Source: an uncultured Thiotrichales bacterium
GTDB lineage: Bacteria > Pseudomonadota > Gammaproteobacteria > UBA4575
DNA: 64,000 nt
Assembly (NCBI GenBank): GCA_964636225.1
Contig: CAZWQM010000001.1
Coordinates: 2,717-66,716, forward strand
Direction of reading: 5' to 3'
The position numbers and the translations under genes were made by a program. Under the pieces are notes generated by a model. The model was given only the letters and a program-made list of their open reading frames with translations, was not told the origin of the DNA and did no database searches. Below, one piece after another: positions 29,520 through 38,906 of this stretch (positions within the stretch are counted from its first letter, which is position 1; each line of letters opens with the position of its first letter).

Positions 29520-30491
29520 ATGGATACCCATAGGCTCTGTATTGCACCCATGATGGAATGGACCGATCGGCATTACCGATTCCTGGTTCGTTTGATGACG
29601 CAGCACACGCGCTTATATACTGAGATGGTAACCAGCGCGGCGCTTATTCATGGAGATCGTGAGAGATTTCTTCGATTTGATTACAGTGAGCATCCGGTTG
29701 CGCTTCAATTGGGTGGCAGTGAGCCTGAGGATATGGCCAAATCTGCCCAATGGGGGCAGGCGGCCGGGTATGATGAAGTTAATATTAATGTTGGTTGTCC
29801 CAGCGATCGTGTTCAGGCCGGCAGATTTGGTGCATGCCTGATGCGGGAACCAAAGCGGGTGGCAGAATGTATTAGCGCGATGCGTGATTGTGTGGACATC
29901 CCAGTCACAGTGAAATGCAGATTGGGTGTAGACCATGATGACAGTTATGGATTTCTCACAGAGTTTGTAAATCATGTGGTCGAAGCAGGGTGCCAGACCC
30001 TGATTGTGCATGCACGTAAAGCCTGGCTTAAAGGACTCAATCCAAAGCAAAACAGGGAAATTCCTGAACTTGATTACTCCAGAGTTTATACGCTCAAAAA
30101 AGATTTTCCGGCGCTGAAAATTGTTATTAATGGTGGCGTCGATTCAATTGCACAAGCTAAAAAACATTTACAATATGTAGATGGCGTTATGATTGGACGT
30201 CAGGCCTATAAGCATCCCGAGTTTTTATTGAACGTAGATCAAGAGATTTTTCATGCGCAGAAACAGTTACCATGCAATATGGCTGACATTATGTTCAAAT
30301 ATGCTGAATATATCGAACAGAATGTACAGGCGGGCACTCCATTCAAATCCATGACAAAACATATATTAAATGTATATCAGGGAATTCCAGGTGCTAAATT
30401 GTGGCGTCGTCATTTAAGTGAAAACATGCATAAGCCGGGCGCCGGAATTGAATTAATATATCAGGGGCTGGAACTGGTAGGTTATCACTAA
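29520..30491 (+). CDS. dusA: tRNA-dihydrouridine synthase A
   Basis: RLCIAPMMEWTDRHYRF, and the FMN-binding TIM-barrel motifs (…NINVGCPSDRVQAG…, …VKCRLG…). Confidence 0.85.
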   Translation: MDTHRLCIAPMMEWTDRHYRFLVRLMTQHTRLYTEMVTSAALIHGDRERFLRFDYSEHPVALQLGGSEPEDMAKSAQWGQAAGYDEVNINVGCPSDRVQAGRFGACLMREPKRVAECISAMRDCVDIPVTVKCRLGVDHDDSYGFLTEFVNHVVEAGCQTLIVHARKAWLKGLNPKQNREIPELDYSRVYTLKKDFPALKIVINGGVDSIAQAKKHLQYVDGVMIGRQAYKHPEFLLNVDQEIFHAQKQLPCNMADIMFKYAEYIEQNVQAGTPFKSMTKHILNVYQGIPGAKLWRRHLSENMHKPGAGIELIYQGLELVGYH

Positions 30492-30504
30492 AGTATAATT
30501 AATC

Positions 30505-31134
30505 TTACAGCAAACACTCCGCCCAGGTTGGTAAAGCGCGTTTATCATGCAGTCGCTTCAAGTCGCTGTATCTATCAATATCAAAGACTTGATTCAGAAG
30601 TGAACACTGGTAGCCGTGTTTGTTGGCGATATTTATTGTAGCATTCAGTACGGTAGGGGAACCCCAAATAATGTTTCTGAAAAATGAGGGTTTATTTTTC
30701 TTCACGCCAATCAGCGTATAACCACCGTCATCGGCGGGCCCTATAACAATATCGCGCTGGGATTTAAGCCGCTCAAAGGCGTTGTATATATAACTTGTTG
30801 TTAAATCCAGACAATCCGTACCAATTAGCACGACACGCTGTGCATGTTTTAATTCATTCTGTATCGCATAGTACATGCGATCACCCAAATCGTAACCGAT
30901 TTGTTTTTTGACTTTTATGTTGCAAGGAAAATTACTATAAGCAGAGAAATTATATGTTGTATAAATGACAAGCTTAAGATCATGTCTTGATTTAAATTGA
31001 TCTAAAATCGTTTTAATTAACTTTCTATGCAGATAAAGACATTCCCTGTGAGATAAATTTGGCCACATACGTGTTTTGACGCGACATATAATCGGAGTTT
31101 TAGTAAAAAGTATTAAGGTATTCTTGTTTCTCAT
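30505..31134 (-). CDS. DUF2064/TIGR04282-like glycosyltransferase-family protein
   Basis: ILFTKTPIICRVKTRM…VLIGTDCLDL…IGPADDGGYTLIGV motifs typical of the DUF2064 family that partners with a GT2 enzyme. Confidence 0.5.
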   Translation of the reverse strand: MRNKNTLILFTKTPIICRVKTRMWPNLSHRECLYLHRKLIKTILDQFKSRHDLKLVIYTTYNFSAYSNFPCNIKVKKQIGYDLGDRMYYAIQNELKHAQRVVLIGTDCLDLTTSYIYNAFERLKSQRDIVIGPADDGGYTLIGVKKNKPSFFRNIIWGSPTVLNATINIANKHGYQCSLLNQVFDIDRYSDLKRLHDKRALPTWAECLL

Positions 31135-31153
31135 ACAAGTTTATAATGGCTAC

Positions 31154-31840
31154 TTAATAATAACGTCTGAAGAGTTCTTTAGGTGATGTTCCCATGGAAT
31201 ATAAAAATCTAAACTTCCACATTCTGATGACTGCCTTGAAAACACCATTTTTTTGCCAATAACGTGTGGAAGTTATTACCGGGTTTTGGATTGTTGTACC
31301 TCGCCCAAATTTCTTTTTAAGCATTTTGGATAGATAAATATCTTCCATGAGCGGATGGTTTGATAGCTCATTGACATAAACTTTAAGTGTAGATTTAGAT
31401 ACAAATATTGCCTGGTCACCCGTGGCGATACCTGTGATACGTGAACGCCAGTTCATCATAGTTTGAATAATTTTGAATAGTAGCGCATTTGAATTGAAGC
31501 ACACGTCAAAATGACCCCAGGCATTTTGTTTCATTGCCTGAGTGACGTCATGTTTAAAGCTTTCAGGCAACTGAGTATCTATGTGTAGCATCAATACGAC
31601 ATCACAATAATCATTCAGGTGGGAAATTCCGCAAGCCAACTGGGCGCCACGTCCAGTAAATGGTGACGTGAGCACCTTTAAATGATTTGAACGTAACAAA
31701 TCGACAGTATTGTCTGAACTGTGGCCGTCAATAAAAAGTACAGCACAACTTTGCGCAAGCCATTTTAAGGAATCAATATGATTCTGTATCGCCTGCGATT
31801 CGTTTAAAACAGGAATAATGATAGTGACTAATGTAGACAA
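31154..31840 (-). CDS. family-2 glycosyltransferase (TIGR04283-like)
   Basis: VTIIIPVLNESQAIQ… N-terminal GT-A motif and a D.D-type motif (LFIDGHSSDNT). Confidence 0.55.
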   Translation of the reverse strand: MSTLVTIIIPVLNESQAIQNHIDSLKWLAQSCAVLFIDGHSSDNTVDLLRSNHLKVLTSPFTGRGAQLACGISHLNDYCDVVLMLHIDTQLPESFKHDVTQAMKQNAWGHFDVCFNSNALLFKIIQTMMNWRSRITGIATGDQAIFVSKSTLKVYVNELSNHPLMEDIYLSKMLKKKFGRGTTIQNPVITSTRYWQKNGVFKAVIRMWKFRFLYSMGTSPKELFRRYY

Positions 31841-32104
31841 CGTGCGGGCTTAGCGTGAAAACCTTAGTCTAGAACAATATTTAGTTAAATGGTTATATCG
31901 ATGATAAGAAAGACTACTAGTTTATATAATTTAACATAATATACATTATGCGTACTTATTCGTGCTATTTGTGATAATCCAATATCATTCAACATAATTT
32001 CTAATAAGATTAAATTTCAATAAAACAGTATGTTTACCCGACTTATTTATCTTCAATGCATCGAATTTCTGCGCAATATTGAATCAAGGATAAGCATTTA
32101 TCCA

Positions 32105-32542
32105 ATGTCTGAACAGCTGTTTAATACAAAAGTCTGTGATGTCATGATGAAAACCGTAGCAACGGTAGACATGGACGATAATCTTGCGACGGTCAAGGAA
32201 ATCTTTGACAACACCACCTTTCACCATCTGCTGGTTGTTGAAAACGATAGGCTGTTTAGCGTTATTTCGGATAGAGATTTATTTAAAGCGTTAAGTCCAA
32301 ATATAGGAAAGATTTCTGAGTCTAACAGCGACTTTGCTACCTTAAATAAAAGGGTCCATCAGATTATGACCCGATCCCCTATTACCTTGGATATGCATGC
32401 CAGTATACATGATCTTTTTACCTGCTTTGAAAGCTACAGCATATCCTGTTTGCCAGTTTTAGATCAGGATAATAAACCGGTAGGAATTATCAGTTGGCGG
32501 GATTTGCTTAAGTTCTTAAGAAAATATCTTGAGGCTTTATAG
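32105..32542 (+). CDS. CBS-domain pair protein
   Basis: Two CBS repeats (…VCDVMMKTVATV…HHLLVVEND…, …QIMTRSPITL…CLPVLD…). Start placed at the internal ATG. Confidence 0.55.
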   Translation: MSEQLFNTKVCDVMMKTVATVDMDDNLATVKEIFDNTTFHHLLVVENDRLFSVISDRDLFKALSPNIGKISESNSDFATLNKRVHQIMTRSPITLDMHASIHDLFTCFESYSISCLPVLDQDNKPVGIISWRDLLKFLRKYLEAL

Positions 32543-33190
32543 ACGACGTTATGGCAAGCAGATTGTCGGTATTGGTGACCCGTGTTTTTATAGTTATTTT
32601 TTGTTGAGTAAAAAAAACGCGGCTGGAACGCGGCGTAATGAATGGCTTTAGAATTGCAAGTTATTATGAAAAGAACCCTATTGGCTCTAATGAAGTATCT
32701 GTTCCTGCAATAGATATTGTATTAGATGCATTAAGCGAGATTTATCCCTGTAGCAAATAACATCTGGCATCAGGTGTGGACTATTTTTTATTAATTACCA
32801 ATGTTTATAGCCCGTTCTTTTAGCATAGGGCTGCAAAACTATAACGGATGTCCAAGTCGCAGAATTGTGCCCAAACAGGCCGCCTGTGAGCCTGCGCATT
32901 AGAGCTGGTATCCAATTGTACAAAGCCCTGAAGATGTTACGTTATTCAAACCTTGCTCGTATCGCTTAGGGATACATCGTGACAGTCGACTGGCCACCCA
33001 GATTGTTATGTTGTTTCAATAGTCGAGCAATTAACTCGACGAGTGCCTTCAGTCACTGATAACTGAGGTTGTGCTGCCAGAAGGAAGTCGACAATTAGTC
33101 AGTCAAATGCAGGAACTTGCAAAGTTGTGAGTGCTTTTAAGTTCTGATTAATAAAAGCAGCCTATTATGCATTATTTCAGTATATTTTTA

Positions 33191-33219
33191 TTGATTTCCC
33201 GCAAATGTGGCTAGATAAT
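33191..33219 (+). promoter_or_regulatory. candidate sigma-70 promoter of fae (TTGATT-N17-GATAAT)
   Basis: TTGATT at 33191-33196, a 17-nt spacer, GATAAT at 33214-33219. This is about 40 nt upstream of the fae ATG, with an AAGG ribosome-binding site. Confidence 0.4.
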
Positions 33220-33259
33220 TTTTAGCTTTTTCATAATCTCAATTTTAAAGGCTAATAAG

Positions 33260-33808
33260 ATGAAAGACCCTCTAATTTTTAAAACAGGCGAAGCAACCGT
33301 TTATGCAAGTCATGATCAAGGCACTGATGCGATGCCAGAAATTGTATTAGGCCGAGTGGATGGACCTGTAGGTCAAGCGTTCGCAAATTTAATGGGACAG
33401 ACTGAGGGGCATACACGAATGTTTGCAGTTCGTGCGTGTAATCAGCAAGTTAAGCCTGCTACTTTGATAGTACCCAAGGTGACAATGAAAGACATCAAAT
33501 ATATTAATCTGTTTGGTGGTGTCGTTCAGTCTGCAGTCGCGGATGCAATATTGGACTCGGTGATTGAAAATGTGATCCCACGTGATGAAGTTAATGATTT
33601 GTGTATGATTGTGTTGCTGTGGATTGCACCAGAATGCGTGTCCAATCCAGACAAAAAAGATTTATATCGCACTAACTATGAAGCAACTAAGTTGGCTATT
33701 AAGCGTGCCATGAACGATGAGCCAACGATTGATGAACTTATCGAAAATCGCAAGAAAATTTGGCACCAAATGTACAACCCAGAAACAGGTGAATCTCTTT
33801 GGGATTAA
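33260..33808 (+). CDS. fae: formaldehyde-activating enzyme (Fae family)
   Basis: 182 aa. Shares the conserved NYEATKLAIKRA motif and the overall length with Fae of methylotrophs. Confidence 0.8.
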   Translation: MKDPLIFKTGEATVYASHDQGTDAMPEIVLGRVDGPVGQAFANLMGQTEGHTRMFAVRACNQQVKPATLIVPKVTMKDIKYINLFGGVVQSAVADAILDSVIENVIPRDEVNDLCMIVLLWIAPECVSNPDKKDLYRTNYEATKLAIKRAMNDEPTIDELIENRKKIWHQMYNPETGESLWD

Positions 33809-33967
33809 ATTAAATAATCAGATGCTAAACATCGCTTACGGCCATTTATGTGCCGTAAGCCGGCATCCAGTAATCTATTGATTGATTATTTGTTAGAGAA
33901 CTTTCAGACAATAGAATTGACTATTATGTAGATACCTGATGACAGCTATTGAATGGCGTAGAGAGAA

Positions 33968-34043
33968 TGGCGTCCCCAAGGGGATTCGAACCCCTGTTGT
34001 CGCCGTGAAAGGGCGATGTCCTAGGCCTCTAGACGATGGGGAC
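33968..34043 (-). tRNA. tRNA-Glu (TTC)
   Basis: Reverse complement GTCCCCATCGTCTAGAGGCCTAGGACATCGCCCTTTCACGGCGACAACAGGGGTTCGAATCCCCTTGGGGACGCCA. Nearly identical to E. coli tRNA-Glu. Confidence 0.85.
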
Positions 34044-34248
34044 AATTTGATCGCTGTATCGTAGAGAACACTGCTAAATAACAGTGCTTAGGGGCGCGAA
34101 CATTACGTTAAAACAGCCACTTATGTCAAGCGTGAAGATGAATATTAATCCTGGGCTATTTATTGTCACCCTTATCGCGAATTATCTGAATTTAGGCGAT
34201 AATTTGAGTAAACTTCTGTGCACCTACATATTCTAATTATTCAGAAAT

Positions 34249-35177
34249 ATGACGACCCTTGCACAACAACTGCCGGAAATACTGCAGCGCAACAGCTCGC
34301 TATTGCCGCGCATTTTAAATTATGTGCTGGTGGTACTTATCGCCGTCAGTTCGGACAAGCTGGCTTGGGGACTATTTGCTACACAGAACGCGACTGAAAC
34401 CGTATCTGATATTAAAGCTGCCCCACCACGGCTGGTCAAGCCCGCTGCTCCAAACCCGGATTATGATGCTCAACTGGCCCGTTTGCATTTGATGGGTAAG
34501 GCATCTATTGCAAATAACTCTGTTGCGGCTGACCAAAATGCGCCCGACACTTCGTTGAATTGACGCTCAGTGGTATATTGGCGCTGGGAGCCGGTGAAGG
34601 ATTTGCTATTATACAGAATGAATAAAAAAAATAATTATTATCATATAGATGATAAAGTAACTTCAGGAGTTACTTTACATTCAGTTTATCCGGATTATGT
34701 GCTTTTGGCACGGGCTGGACGCACCGAAAAGCTATCATTACCGAAAGCATCAGATAAGGGTTTTTCAACCCAGGCAGGCTCTGTCAGCCGGACTTCACTT
34801 ACCGTGCCGAGAAACAGTGGGCGTGCCACTACACCTAACAGTCAATCAATCAGTGAACCCCCCCCAAGTTGGCGACCCTAAAACAGCAATTGACTAAAAA
34901 TCCTTCTTCATTGGCTAGATATATCTCTATCAGCAGTGCTAATGATGAGCAAGGGATATTTATGGGGTATGAGGTGAAACCGAATGGCGACTCATCCGCT
35001 CTTTTTGATGAACTGCGGTTGGTGGAAGGAGATGTAGTGACCTCCATTAATGAGATTTCACTGGATAATCCAAACAAGGCGACTCAGGCATTGCAAAAAC
35101 TGGTGAGTGCTGGCCAGCTACAAATGACCGTATTACGTGCTGGATCTGAAATTAATCTGGTTCATAACCTAGAATAG
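34249..35177 (+). pseudogene. gspC: type II secretion system protein GspC, disrupted by three or more frameshifts
   Basis: The N-terminal TM/linker is in frame 1 (34249-34563). The HR-domain start LSGILALGAGEGFAIIQNE is in frame 0 (34566-34622). The remainder of HR (GVTLHSVYPDYVLLARAGRTEKLSLP) is in frame 1 (34630-34881). The PDZ domain (…EGDVVTSINEISLDN…LRAGSEINL) is in frame 0 (34869-35177). Junctions lie at the A8 run 34623-34630, the C8 run 34859-34866, and near 34540-34565. Confidence 0.65.
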
Positions 35178-35259
35178 ACCACTTCAAACCGTTCATATGT
35201 GACCGATAATCCACTGTTAAAACGATGATTTAGAGCCAAAACCTATTAGAATTACAAAG

Positions 35260-35358
35260 ATGAAATCGACAAAAGTAGCACATCATAAAATACTCAGGTC
35301 TCGTGTGCTGGCACTGGTGATGCTGGCAACCTGTCTGCTCTCTCATTCATTATTCTAG
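35260..35358 (+). pseudogene. gspD: 5' stub of secretin GspD (signal-peptide region only, 32 codons)
   Basis: MKSTKVAHHKILRSRVLALVMLATCLLSHSLF* sits where gspD would be expected downstream of gspC. The rest of the operon is absent. Confidence 0.3.
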
Positions 35359-35459
35359 AAATTAATATCAATTTCATACATAACTGCATGAAATATATAA
35401 ACTTATAGCATTTCATTAAGTTAGACTTGTGAATGGTCAGTACTAATCTGATGTGAGAC

Positions 35460-36230
35460 TCACTTCGTTAAATTAAAATTGACTGGAATAGTATAGGTTA
35501 GCTCGCTTTTACTCCCCAAAATCGATGAAGGCGGAGTAGGCATAGGTGAGGCATTTTTCAACATCCTAACAGTGGCTGCGTTCAGACTTGGATATTGAGA
35601 ACGCTGTATAAATTCATATCGTGTCAACTGTCCATGTCGATCAACAGTAAACTGAATAACTACCTGACCTTGCTGCCCTCTTCTGCGTGCAATGGCAGGA
35701 TATCGCTTATGCCGTTCCAGCCATTGTGATAACTGATTTAGAAAAACCTGTTTGTCCTGCTTGGAAGCGTGTTCAGGGGCATTCGACGAGGTTACCTCAT
35801 TGCGAGTTTCCTCAATAGTCGCCGAGTTATGGCTGGTCGTTGGGCTAGAGCTCTGTTTGAGCTGATTTTCAGTGAGTGCAGGTTGCGGTGCAATGACTCT
35901 TGGTTTTGAAATCTGAGCTTGTTTACTTTTGACTGGCTTGGTTTTAGGTATGGGTTTTGCAATGACGGGTGTTTGTTCGGATTTTATTCTAACTGGCTTC
36001 AATTCTTTTGGCTTAATGGATTGCGTAAGTGTTTGTGGAATGACATTTTCTCTGGCTGGCCTTAATTTTTTAAGTCCAATAATCAAGTCACTTTTAGTTG
36101 TTTCTGATGAATTATAAGTAGCTAGGTCTTCATTTTTAAAATTAAATAATAAGGCTAAATGCAAAGACAGTGCGAACATTACAGCGAAGCTCCAGTGATA
36201 ATACCTGATTTTAAAGCTGAGCTTTGACAT
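35460..36230 (-). CDS. tonB: energy transducer TonB
   Basis: N-terminal TM anchor, a Pro/Lys-rich spacer (KPKELKPVRIKSEQTPVIAKPIPKTKPV), and a C-terminal TonB domain (…YPAIARRRGQQGQVVIQFTV…). Confidence 0.7.
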   Translation of the reverse strand: MSKLSFKIRYYHWSFAVMFALSLHLALLFNFKNEDLATYNSSETTKSDLIIGLKKLRPARENVIPQTLTQSIKPKELKPVRIKSEQTPVIAKPIPKTKPVKSKQAQISKPRVIAPQPALTENQLKQSSSPTTSHNSATIEETRNEVTSSNAPEHASKQDKQVFLNQLSQWLERHKRYPAIARRRGQQGQVVIQFTVDRHGQLTRYEFIQRSQYPSLNAATVRMLKNASPMPTPPSSILGSKSELTYTIPVNFNLTK

Positions 36231-36245
36231 GCTTTTGAGAGTGGT

Positions 36246-36647
36246 CTACTGGCTTTCTGTTGTGACAATATGTACTGCATCCAATTCAGTGGTGCCAAGA
36301 AGTTCAAGCACCTCTACTAGTCGAACCGCTTCGGCTCTGGCGTCTGGCTTAAGTTGAACTTTTTGTTTTGGATATTCATCCAAATAATTGTTAATACGTG
36401 TTTTCAGTGTTGCATCTGAAATTCGATTCTGTTCGATAGCAAGCTCACCCTTTTGATTCATCAAGATTGTAAGTATTTGCGGGTCCGCTTGAGTTTCATT
36501 TTTTGCAATCGTTGGTGTAATGGAAAAAAATTCTGGAGATGTGAAGGCTCCTGCTAGCATAAAGAAAATCAACAGCAGGAATACAACATTGACTAGAGGC
36601 AATAAATTCTCCAGTTCTTTTTTTGCTGCGGGTTGCTGAATCTGCAT
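36246..36647 (-). CDS. exbD: biopolymer transport protein ExbD/TolR (second copy)
   Basis: Single N-terminal TM (LPLVNVVFLLLIFFML) plus a periplasmic ExbD domain. Confidence 0.8.
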   Translation of the reverse strand: MQIQQPAAKKELENLLPLVNVVFLLLIFFMLAGAFTSPEFFSITPTIAKNETQADPQILTILMNQKGELAIEQNRISDATLKTRINNYLDEYPKQKVQLKPDARAEAVRLVEVLELLGTTELDAVHIVTTESQ

Positions 36648-37090
36648 TACTCCGCCTTATACGTTTCCGGCTTTGCGAGTGAAATATTTTCACCGGCAAA
36701 ATCCTTGAGGGGATTCAAAACTTCGACCAGCACCTGAACAGATGTACCTTTTTCAGGCTGCAACACAATGGGATGATGTATATCGCGGCGTACTTTTTCC
36801 CTTAAACGCTTAGTTATTTCATCGAGAGTAAGAAGTTTATCGTTTAAGCTATACCCACCATTAGCAGATATTTTGATAATACTGAGTTGCTTATGGTCGA
36901 GTTCCATATCCTCGATACGGTCCACAGACAATTCTAGATAGTGCCAACGTATGAAATTTGAAGCCAACATGAAAAAAATAAGCAAAATGAACACTACATC
37001 TATCAGAGGTGTCAGATTCACCAAAGCCTTTCTGCGGGTTTGAGATAATTGCATTAACTCAGCTCGCACCAGCTTTGATCGTGAATACAT
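36647..37090 (-). CDS. exbD: biopolymer transport protein ExbD/TolR (first copy)
   Basis: LTPLIDVVFILLIFFML TM plus an ExbD periplasmic domain. Overlaps the exbB end, so the true start may be the internal Met. Confidence 0.8.
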   Translation of the reverse strand: MYSRSKLVRAELMQLSQTRRKALVNLTPLIDVVFILLIFFMLASNFIRWHYLELSVDRIEDMELDHKQLSIIKISANGGYSLNDKLLTLDEITKRLREKVRRDIHHPIVLQPEKGTSVQVLVEVLNPLKDFAGENISLAKPETYKAE

Positions 37091-37778
37091 GTGTCATGGC
37101 GTCTTCCATGGCGACTTTGAAATTTTCGATTTTATGTTCCAGCCAGTTCAGAGCAATGATGGCGGGGATTGCGACAGCCAGACCTGCGGCTGTGGTTAGT
37201 AATGCTTCCCAAATACCACCCGATAATAATGCAGGGTCCACAGCTGTACCCGCAGATTCCAGACGATGAAACGCCTCTATCATTCCCAATACCGTGCCAA
37301 ACAGGCCGAGCAATGGACTCAAAGCCGCAATCACTTCCAGTATTCTTAAATGAGACCTAACCAAAGCAAGCTGTAGCGTGGCGACACGCAAGACTTCTTC
37401 ACGCGCAATGGCATGATCTATATCCGGCTCTGTGCACACGTGAGCAGCGGTTTCCAGCACTCGGGCAATCGGATTCCTCGATTGATTAAGAATTTTTCGC
37501 ATGGCAATGACGTTATTTTCTCTCCATGCATGGATCGCTGGTTGAATAAATGCTCGATTGTTGAGTTGTAATGCAAAGAACTGCCAGCTTTTTATGATGA
37601 GGACTGTCAATCCAAGCACGGACATTATTATCAATGCGACCACGATCGGGCCACCTGCCTCTACCAGAGTATTTATACGTGTAATACCGACTTCAATGTC
37701 TGTCGAATGCATGGATTCAGGATAGATGTAACCAACTTGATGTGAATTAACTAAAAATGACTGCGATGATTTATACAA
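37059..37778 (-). CDS. exbB: MotA/TolQ/ExbB proton-channel protein ExbB
   Basis: Three TMs and a conserved C-terminal region (…LGLFGTVLGMIEAF…). The true start is probably the internal Met (MHSTDIEV…). Confidence 0.8.
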   Translation of the reverse strand: MYKSSQSFLVNSHQVGYIYPESMHSTDIEVGITRINTLVEAGGPIVVALIIMSVLGLTVLIIKSWQFFALQLNNRAFIQPAIHAWRENNVIAMRKILNQSRNPIARVLETAAHVCTEPDIDHAIAREEVLRVATLQLALVRSHLRILEVIAALSPLLGLFGTVLGMIEAFHRLESAGTAVDPALLSGGIWEALLTTAAGLAVAIPAIIALNWLEHKIENFKVAMEDAMTHVFTIKAGAS

Positions 37779-38097
37779 TTGGCAGTCTGGCAGTACACTT
37801 TAACATGGTGCAATCTGAAGTATAGCTAGTTTTATGTGTGTTATGAAAAGGACCAATTGCCGCACCCAATTTGGGATGATTCAGTGATTATCAAGTCAGG
37901 TTAAGATAGATGTGAATTGAAAAAGGCCAAACTCAGGCAAAATAGTAGGAAGGAGGTACCGATGGTACAAACGCCCAAATTTGGCTATTTCTTCAAATGG
38001 TTTATACATACAACGGTTGAAGTTTGCCTGATCAAAATCTCATGAACTAGTCCTAAAAATGTACTAAAACACTAATACGATAGATTATTCAGAAAAA

Positions 38098-38769
38098 ATG
38101 GAAAAATACTGTCAGTTTTGCCCGGTCGCCAAGGCCGCTGAAATCCTCTGTGAAAAGTGGGTCATATTGGTTTTAAGAGAGCTGATGATGGGGAGTACGC
38201 GTTTTGGCCAATTACGCCGCGGATTGCCTAAAATATCGCCAAGCATACTCTCGCGGCGGTTAAAAACACTGGAAGATCAGGGGATTCTGGAACGGACTAA
38301 AAAGCCTCGGGGAAATAGCTATGAATATAATTTAACCGAATCCGGTGAGCAATTACGTCCTATTGTGCTGGGTTTCGGTAGCTGGGGGTATAAATGGGCC
38401 AAAAATAAAATTACTAAAGAAGACCTGGATGCCGGTTTTTTATTATGGGATATGCGCCGGCGTTTGAATGTCGAGTATTTTAATAAGCAGCGCGTGGTGA
38501 TTCATATTGAATTTAATGATCAGCAAAGTCGTGACCGCTACTGGTGGATGGTCATCGACAACAATCAAATTGATCTGTGTTTTGAGGACACGGGACATGA
38601 GCCAGACATAGTGATTATCACTACTCTACCCGTCATGACCAATGTATGGATGGGTTATAAGAAACTGGCCTCAGCCATTCGCGAAGGTAAAATGAAAATT
38701 CTGGGTTCAAAAATCCATGTGAAAAATATATCCGAATGGATTGGGCGTAGTTCTTTTGCTGAAAGTTAA
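38098..38769 (+). CDS. HxlR-type winged-helix transcriptional regulator with C-terminal extension
   Basis: CPVAKAAEILCEKWVILVLREL…RFGQLRRGLPKISPSILSRRLKTLEDQGIL is the HxlR-family HTH signature. Confidence 0.6.
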   Translation: MEKYCQFCPVAKAAEILCEKWVILVLRELMMGSTRFGQLRRGLPKISPSILSRRLKTLEDQGILERTKKPRGNSYEYNLTESGEQLRPIVLGFGSWGYKWAKNKITKEDLDAGFLLWDMRRRLNVEYFNKQRVVIHIEFNDQQSRDRYWWMVIDNNQIDLCFEDTGHEPDIVIITTLPVMTNVWMGYKKLASAIREGKMKILGSKIHVKNISEWIGRSSFAES

Positions 38770-38792
38770 TATCCCGCCATCCTGAAAAGTGA

Positions 38793-38868
38793 TGGTGGAG
38801 CTAAGCGGGATCGAACCGCTGACCTCCTGCGTGCCACGCAGGCGCTCTCCCAGCTGAGCTATAGCCCC
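38793..38868 (-). tRNA. tRNA-Ala (GGC)
   Basis: Reverse complement GGGGCTATAGCTCAGCTGGGAGAGCGCCTGCGTGGCACGCAGGAGGTCAGCGGTTCGATCCCGCTTAGCTCCACCA. Has the G3:U70 identity pair and a GGC anticodon. Confidence 0.85.
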
Positions 38869-38906
38869 AATATTCCTGTCTCTATGGTGTGCGCATTATG
38901 CCTGCG

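Noticed and set aside
33835-33860. Hairpin after fae (GCTTACGGC-N8-GCCGTAAGC) as a rho-independent terminator
   Set aside because: The 9-bp stem is perfect but there is no downstream U-tract. It is more likely a stabilising 3' stem-loop or a partial terminator.
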